From Aureliella sp. (lineage in GTDB: Bacteria > Planctomycetota > Planctomycetia > Pirellulales > Pirellulaceae), in NCBI GenBank assembly GCA_963691875.1, contig OY829846.1, positions 832,001 to 896,000 on the forward strand: a stretch of 64,000 bases of DNA, read 5' to 3'. Under the pieces are notes generated by a model. It ran no database searches, had not been told where the DNA came from, and saw only the letters and a list, made by a program, of their open reading frames with translations. The translations under genes were made by a program, and so were the position numbers. Of the stretch, positions 59,110-64,000 are shown in pieces. How positions within the stretch are numbered: position 1 is the stretch's first letter; each line of letters starts with the position of its first letter.

Positions 59110-60005
59110 TGATCCACAATCACGAATTCTATTTGGTTATTCACCATTTGCCATTCCATCTGGGCTGCATCGTAATTCCAAGTCTGCATTCCTTTGAGTA
59201 CCGTCCGCTGGGCTTCAGTAAGATGCTCTGTGAGGAGCTTACTCGGGAACTGTGGAATGTAATTATTGTTTTGCAGATAGAACTGCCAGTAGAGCTCCTT
59301 CTTACTCTTGTAGAGCCAGTCGAAAATCGCAGTCTGCAATTTCTCGCGTTGCTCCGCCGAGAGAAACAGGTGGCGATCGAGCACGGAAGTCAGAATCCCC
59401 GCATGCGCCTCATATTGGAACCTGCGGGCCGCATCCAACTCCTTGTCATAAGCCTTCAACTGCTCTTCGTTTAATTCCTCACGTATTGCAGACTCAATCA
59501 CCTTCTTCATTTTTGGCAATACCTTGGAAGGATCACCTGCTGGCTCTACGGGTCCCTTGAGTACTTGAACAATCCCCCGGATGAAGCCGCCTTTAGGAGG
59601 ATTGAGCTTCTTCTTCATCTCCGTGGTAACCCAAGTCTGATCTAGGGCCGCGATCGATTTGACCTGCTTTGCATCTAAGTCACATACGCGGCGGGCGATC
59701 GCTTTTCGGGCCTCACAGAACCGCACAGCAATAAAGCCCATTGGATCATTCTCTTGCAACTGGGCAAAATCTTGAACAGCTCCCCCACCAACCTGCACCT
59801 TTTCGTCAACGTTGTCGCCGCCGTCAGTCAGAGACGCTCCAATTGCAACGTCCTCAAATCCTTCCAATTCGTCTTGCGATTCCTCCTCCGAGGCATCTCC
59901 CTGTACCTTCGCGACAGGCGCCTCCGTCTCCTCCTGTGCAAACGTAGAGGCTTGCAAGAGACCAGTGAAAACCAGCAAGACAACGAGTTCACGAAATTGG
60001 ATCAT
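59106..60005 (-). CDS. Exported helical protein with LTxxQ-type repeats (paralogue-like of the downstream gene)
   Basis: Signal peptide from ATG 60005; LDAKQ, LNEEQ, LSAEQ and LTEAQ. Confidence 0.65.
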   Translation of the reverse strand: MIQFRELVVLLVFTGLLQASTFAQEETEAPVAKVQGDASEEESQDELEGFEDVAIGASLTDGGDNVDEKVQVGGGAVQDFAQLQENDPMGFIAVRFCEARKAIARRVCDLDAKQVKSIAALDQTWVTTEMKKKLNPPKGGFIRGIVQVLKGPVEPAGDPSKVLPKMKKVIESAIREELNEEQLKAYDKELDAARRFQYEAHAGILTSVLDRHLFLSAEQREKLQTAIFDWLYKSKKELYWQFYLQNNNYIPQFPSKLLTEHLTEAQRTVLKGMQTWNYDAAQMEWQMVNNQIEFVIVDQ

Positions 60006-60051
60006 TTTCTCTGCCGAAATCGCATGCCGAGGAATAATTTCTAGCAAGAAC

Positions 60052-60081
60052 GGAGCAGGTAAGGATTTCCGTACCTGCTCC
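60052..60081. other. Intercistronic stem-loop
   Basis: Perfect 10-bp stem ggagcaggta…tacctgctcc. Confidence 0.6.
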
Positions 60082-60094
60082 CACGCACTTAAAA

Positions 60095-63000
60095 TTACAA
60101 CCCTTGTTCAATCTGCTCGAAGTACTTGTCCAAACCAGCTCGAAACTCTTCAGGAAGAACGCGTCCTGTTTCACCGGTTGACTGGCCTATATTTCGGGCC
60201 TCACGGCGCTCGTTCTGATTCAATCCGGTTCCAAGTAGAGCCAGTGCAGAATCCTTTGTATCACCGGTACCGCCACCACCAGGGCTGGTTCCACCACCGC
60301 CTCCGCCACCCTTCGGGTTGATGCGCTTGCATTGCAGAAGTAACTCGATGGCTTCCGTCTCAGCCGCAATGGCAGCAGTGCCAGTGTCGTAATCGCCCAA
60401 TATGCCCTTCGCTTCCCACATCACATCCGCGACTTTAGAAAGGAGTTGAATCTCTTTGCCGAATCGCTCAGTACCCTTCGGCAACTCTTCAATCACGATC
60501 ACAACATCATGGACGCGATTCTCAATTTCGTCCTGAACGTCGCTCAGTCGTCCGGCTTCCTTCTCGTGCACATCCAGTTCCACTGCCTCTCGAGACTGCT
60601 CCGCAACGCGGGTCTCTTCGCGAAGATTCACTTCACTCTCGAGGATCTTCAGAACTTCCAAAATCACACTCGGCGGGAGCGCATCTGAAGTCTTGCTACC
60701 TGGACATTGGCCACTGCTAGCAGGATCCACCAAGTCATCGGCCCAACGATCAAAAGTGTCCGCCCAGAATTCGGCTTGAGCAATAGACATCCCCTGTTTC
60801 TTGGGAATTGCCTCGCCGAGATCCTGAAGTGCCGTGAGCACTTCCGATTCCTTCATTTCCTCAAGGATAACTTTGAACTGATTCATTCTGCGTCGCTCAA
60901 AATAGCTCTGCATGTCATCCATGATGTAGGACACTTTTTGGCTGCTTGCCTCTTCAACACCTCCAAGGTCAGTGAGCACCTTCCGATCTTCTGCTTGCAT
61001 TGATTTGACGCGCCCGAACACTGAATCGATACGCTCACCGATCCGCTGTGCTACTTGATCTTGCTCGCGAGAAGCAGCCTTCAATCGCTTGACGAGCGTC
61101 GAGCCTTCGAGGTTGGCGAGAATCGCGTTCAATTCTTCCGCGATCTTTTCAAACTCGGCGAGAAGCTCCTCTTGCTCGAACAAGGCCTCATCCAAAGGCT
61201 CTTCGCCCTGCCCTTGATCTTCCTGCCCCTTCTGATCGCCTTGCTTCTTGCCAGCTGGCCCCGTGATGGTCGTCGTTGGCAAGCTTAGTTTAGTGCCGTT
61301 CCCCTTCTTCTCTGGCCCTTCACCTTCTTCCTGATCTGGCTGAGGTTCATTGGGATGCATCGAAGATTCCTTATCGGAAATGCTTGGCATCTGGGGAGCG
61401 TTCACAAAGTCCTCTGCCTTGGGTTGCTTCTTGCCTGGACCTCCAGAACGAGAATCGCGATTCTCGCCCGCTTGCGGAGCTGTGTCTTTAGGTTCTGACT
61501 CTCCACCAGGCTGACCTTGCCCAGCTCGAGCTAGCTTGGCTTGCTGTGATGCTGCGCCCAGCAGATCGGAAACCGAAGGCATGCGTTCGTTGCCAATATC
61601 GTTGAGCACTTCAAGCATTTCCGCCCAACGGTCAAGGTGTCCAACACCAATCTCTGGATTACGAGATGCCTGACGCAGCAACCCTTCACCCATTTTCGCA
61701 AGTCCGGAAAGCCGACGGCCGTTAGAAGCCTCAGCCGAGGCCTGACGCCGCAGCTCCCCACGCACCTCCTCGCCCGCTAGCTCATCTTCAGTCATTTCAC
61801 GCAGCTTTTTATTTGCCGCATGCAATTGCATTTCCTTGTCACGCACATCCAATGCTGCACGGTGCCACTTGCTAAGCTGACTGGTGATCCAAATTGCGTG
61901 CTCTTCTGGGGTCAGAACAAACAGCACGTGCGGTGCCGAGTATTGCCGCTCTCGATTTGGCATGTAGTCCTCAGTCCACAGCCGCACTTCGATGGGTTGG
62001 GGATCGATTCCAAGCGCCTTTGCTGAAAAAGTTGCGGGAACTTGCATTGAGGTATTCTCTGGTCCGCCGCCCGCAATAATCTTCTCGCCTTGAGTTGACT
62101 CATTGAGTGTTTCCTCCAGTCCGCGCCAGCTAATGCCGATGGTCTTGATGCCGAAATCATCTGCAGCCAATGCCTGAAAGTTGATCTGTTCACTATCCAA
62201 GACAACTGCTTGTCGCGGAAAATCCTGAGAAACTACAGAAGGTAATTCGTCGACTGCTGGCCTCACGGTCAGCTGGAAGGGTTCCCGGCCAGCCAAACCG
62301 TCATGGTCTCTCCAAGTCATCGAAAGTTTGCTGGCTTCTTCCTTCAAAGCAATACTTTGAGTGCCAAAACTATCCTTGGTCACTACCACTTCCGACCTGT
62401 TGATCTGTGCGTTCTGCAAGGGACGTGATGCGGTCGCGTTCACAACAACAGAACTGCCTTGCACTGCAGACAAGGTCCCGCTTCGAACGTCCATCTCAAA
62501 TGGTTCTGGACGCTCTAGGTACTCCGGCAATTGAACTGTTGCTTTCGCGCCAATCAGCTCGGGCCTCAACTTCGGTTCTATTAGAACAGACTGATAAAAG
62601 TCTCCGACTTCCAATTTCATCGGTAGGTCAGACACCTGTGGCGGAATCTCGAAAACATATTGGCCGTCGACGAGTTTCGACTCAAGCGCAGGCAAGCCAC
62701 CTGCCTTCAAGGTTGCCTTCTCTGGCTGCCAACGCGACTCGTCTGTCAAAGCGATCTGAAAAGCTGCCGACTCACCGTGAGGAACAACAAAGCTGTCTGG
62801 CACGGGCTGGAGCATCGTGAAGGTGTAGCGTGGTATATTATTCCAAGGTGCCGAAAATCTTTCCCAAGCATTCATTGCCGCACTCGGAAACAGGACAGCA
62901 AGCGTCAGGACAACGGCCACAGCCATACCGAGCGTCACCGACAGTGAACGCAAGCGTGTAGGTGGAGCAGCGGCAGTTAGATTCCGATCCTTGGCGGTTT

Positions 63001-63430
63001 CGGCAACTTGTTCGATCGCTGCCGCACATAGGGTGCGAGATCGCTCTTGCTCTGATTTATCTTCTGCCAGCTCGATCACACTCAGCAACTGATTGCCGAT
63101 CTCAGATTCACGAACTCGCAAAAGCCTTGCCAACTGCTCAAACCTTCGTTGGCTCCAAACCCATCGGTGCAAAGCATACGGCACAGCCAGCCAAGCCGCC
63201 AAAGCAACAAAAAAAATCGCAACTCGAGCTTGCTGTGGCGTATCAACGATTCGGTCGACGCAATAAACCGTCAAGAACGAGAGCAAGACAGCGACAATCC
63301 CAAACGCCAAAGATTCGAGCATCTTGCTCGTCCAGACACGGGAACGAAACTCAGTCAGTTGCTTCTTCAGCGATTCCGGAACAACCAAGAGGTCTTGGTT
63401 ATCTGAATTGCTCGTTGGCACAGAACTCAT
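60095..63430 (-). CDS. Large membrane-anchored coiled-coil protein (DUF4175/TIGR02302-like architecture)
   Basis: Three N-terminal TMs, Ig-like beta region with AADDFGI, long helical region, Gly run and C-terminal LPEEFRAGLDKYF. Confidence 0.72.
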   Translation of the reverse strand: MSSVPTSNSDNQDLLVVPESLKKQLTEFRSRVWTSKMLESLAFGIVAVLLSFLTVYCVDRIVDTPQQARVAIFFVALAAWLAVPYALHRWVWSQRRFEQLARLLRVRESEIGNQLLSVIELAEDKSEQERSRTLCAAAIEQVAETAKDRNLTAAAPPTRLRSLSVTLGMAVAVVLTLAVLFPSAAMNAWERFSAPWNNIPRYTFTMLQPVPDSFVVPHGESAAFQIALTDESRWQPEKATLKAGGLPALESKLVDGQYVFEIPPQVSDLPMKLEVGDFYQSVLIEPKLRPELIGAKATVQLPEYLERPEPFEMDVRSGTLSAVQGSSVVVNATASRPLQNAQINRSEVVVTKDSFGTQSIALKEEASKLSMTWRDHDGLAGREPFQLTVRPAVDELPSVVSQDFPRQAVVLDSEQINFQALAADDFGIKTIGISWRGLEETLNESTQGEKIIAGGGPENTSMQVPATFSAKALGIDPQPIEVRLWTEDYMPNRERQYSAPHVLFVLTPEEHAIWITSQLSKWHRAALDVRDKEMQLHAANKKLREMTEDELAGEEVRGELRRQASAEASNGRRLSGLAKMGEGLLRQASRNPEIGVGHLDRWAEMLEVLNDIGNERMPSVSDLLGAASQQAKLARAGQGQPGGESEPKDTAPQAGENRDSRSGGPGKKQPKAEDFVNAPQMPSISDKESSMHPNEPQPDQEEGEGPEKKGNGTKLSLPTTTITGPAGKKQGDQKGQEDQGQGEEPLDEALFEQEELLAEFEKIAEELNAILANLEGSTLVKRLKAASREQDQVAQRIGERIDSVFGRVKSMQAEDRKVLTDLGGVEEASSQKVSYIMDDMQSYFERRRMNQFKVILEEMKESEVLTALQDLGEAIPKKQGMSIAQAEFWADTFDRWADDLVDPASSGQCPGSKTSDALPPSVILEVLKILESEVNLREETRVAEQSREAVELDVHEKEAGRLSDVQDEIENRVHDVVIVIEELPKGTERFGKEIQLLSKVADVMWEAKGILGDYDTGTAAIAAETEAIELLLQCKRINPKGGGGGGGTSPGGGGTGDTKDSALALLGTGLNQNERREARNIGQSTGETGRVLPEEFRAGLDKYFEQIEQGL

Positions 63431-63465
63431 CTGCTATTCCTTTATGCGAAACAATTTGTTTCTTT

Positions 63466-63497
63466 ACATCCGTGGACATTCAAGCCATTACGGATGT
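63466..63497. other. Intercistronic stem-loop
   Basis: 8-bp stem acatccgt…acggatgt immediately after the stop at 63500. Confidence 0.45.
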
Positions 63498-63499
63498 GC

Positions 63500-64000
63500 C
63501 TAAATCAAACCAACCATCTTTCGACCTACCCAAAAGAGGGTAAGCAACAATACTAGGGTAGCGGCTACCAGCGGGTGACTCCATAGTTGAAGTCGGCGAA
63601 TCTTGGTCTCTGGCTCAGGAAGATCCTGAACGGCTTTGGTAATCTGCGCAACATCATTACCGTTTAGTAACTCTCCGCGGCTCACTCGCGACAGTTCTTC
63701 GAGTACTTCCGGTCTTGCAGGTTTCCCGACTTGTTCCAGTGATGCACCTTGCACGAAAATCTTCGTCTCCACCTGACTATTGTTTTCTTTGCACCGCAAG
63801 ATCACTCGGTGTGAACCGGGCTCCGAGGGCGAAAAAGTCCCCGCGAACAAGCCCCACTCCGCTCCTGAATTCGTCAGATTCAGCGTCTCAGTCCGCCCGG
63901 AAGGCGCAACAATTCTTGCCGTCACCGTTCCCTTACTAAGCGGTTCACCACTCGACTCCATTACATTCGTGCTCAGCGACACCGCTTGGCGAACTTGTGG
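63500..64000 (-). CDS. 3' part of a membrane-anchored protein (C-terminus typical of vWA/glutamine-amidotransferase-like proteins of MoxR-Bat-type operons)
   Basis: Frame open to the window edge; Ig-like segment, LEELSRVSRG and C-terminal TM LWSHP…LLLTLFWVGRKMVGLI. Confidence 0.6.
   Translation of the reverse strand, partial: PQVRQAVSLSTNVMESSGEPLSKGTVTARIVAPSGRTETLNLTNSGAEWGLFAGTFSPSEPGSHRVILRCKENNSQVETKIFVQGASLEQVGKPARPEVLEELSRVSRGELLNGNDVAQITKAVQDLPEPETKIRRLQLWSHPLVAATLVLLLTLFWVGRKMVGLI

Noticed and set aside
1..64000. CRISPR arrays, tRNA/rRNA genes, IS elements, prophage or defence-system genes
   Set aside because: I found no regularly spaced repeats, no RNA-gene signatures and no transposase, integrase, nuclease-effector or phage motifs by inspection. 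Short RNAs could have been missed without a covariance search.

Overview
This is a gene-dense chromosomal window of roughly 50-55% GC (estimated by eye). It is very probably from a planctomycete (Pirellulaceae-like). The evidence is an ESLEHRKLLA 'planctomycete extracellular' motif with a dockerin-like tail, two sulfatases, a fae homologue, membrane Ser/Thr kinases and several lineage-typical hypothetical proteins. Recognisable housekeeping genes are ftsK (3' end only), guaB, ribD, a TatD hydrolase and a solA-like oxidase. I saw no rRNA, tRNA, CRISPR array, transposase, integrase or phage gene. The best candidates for an uncharacterised system are: (i) a redoxin/heme-c/PHM-type copper-monooxygenase/EF-hand fusion coupled to an MMPL exporter; (ii) a pore-less, apparently tandem voltage-sensor-like membrane protein with a C-terminal coiled coil; (iii) a six-gene envelope operon at the right edge (coiled-coil protein, two LTxxQ proteins, an exported squalene-cyclase-fold protein and a giant TlpA); and (iv) an orphan PrnC-like halogenase coupled to a TauE exporter. 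There are also signs of genome decay. A kinase gene has three lesions confined to its 5' kilobase while its 3-kb ectodomain ORF is intact, and a junction near 13.59 kb fuses two 5'-truncated divergent genes. All family assignments come from motif recognition, not from database searches.
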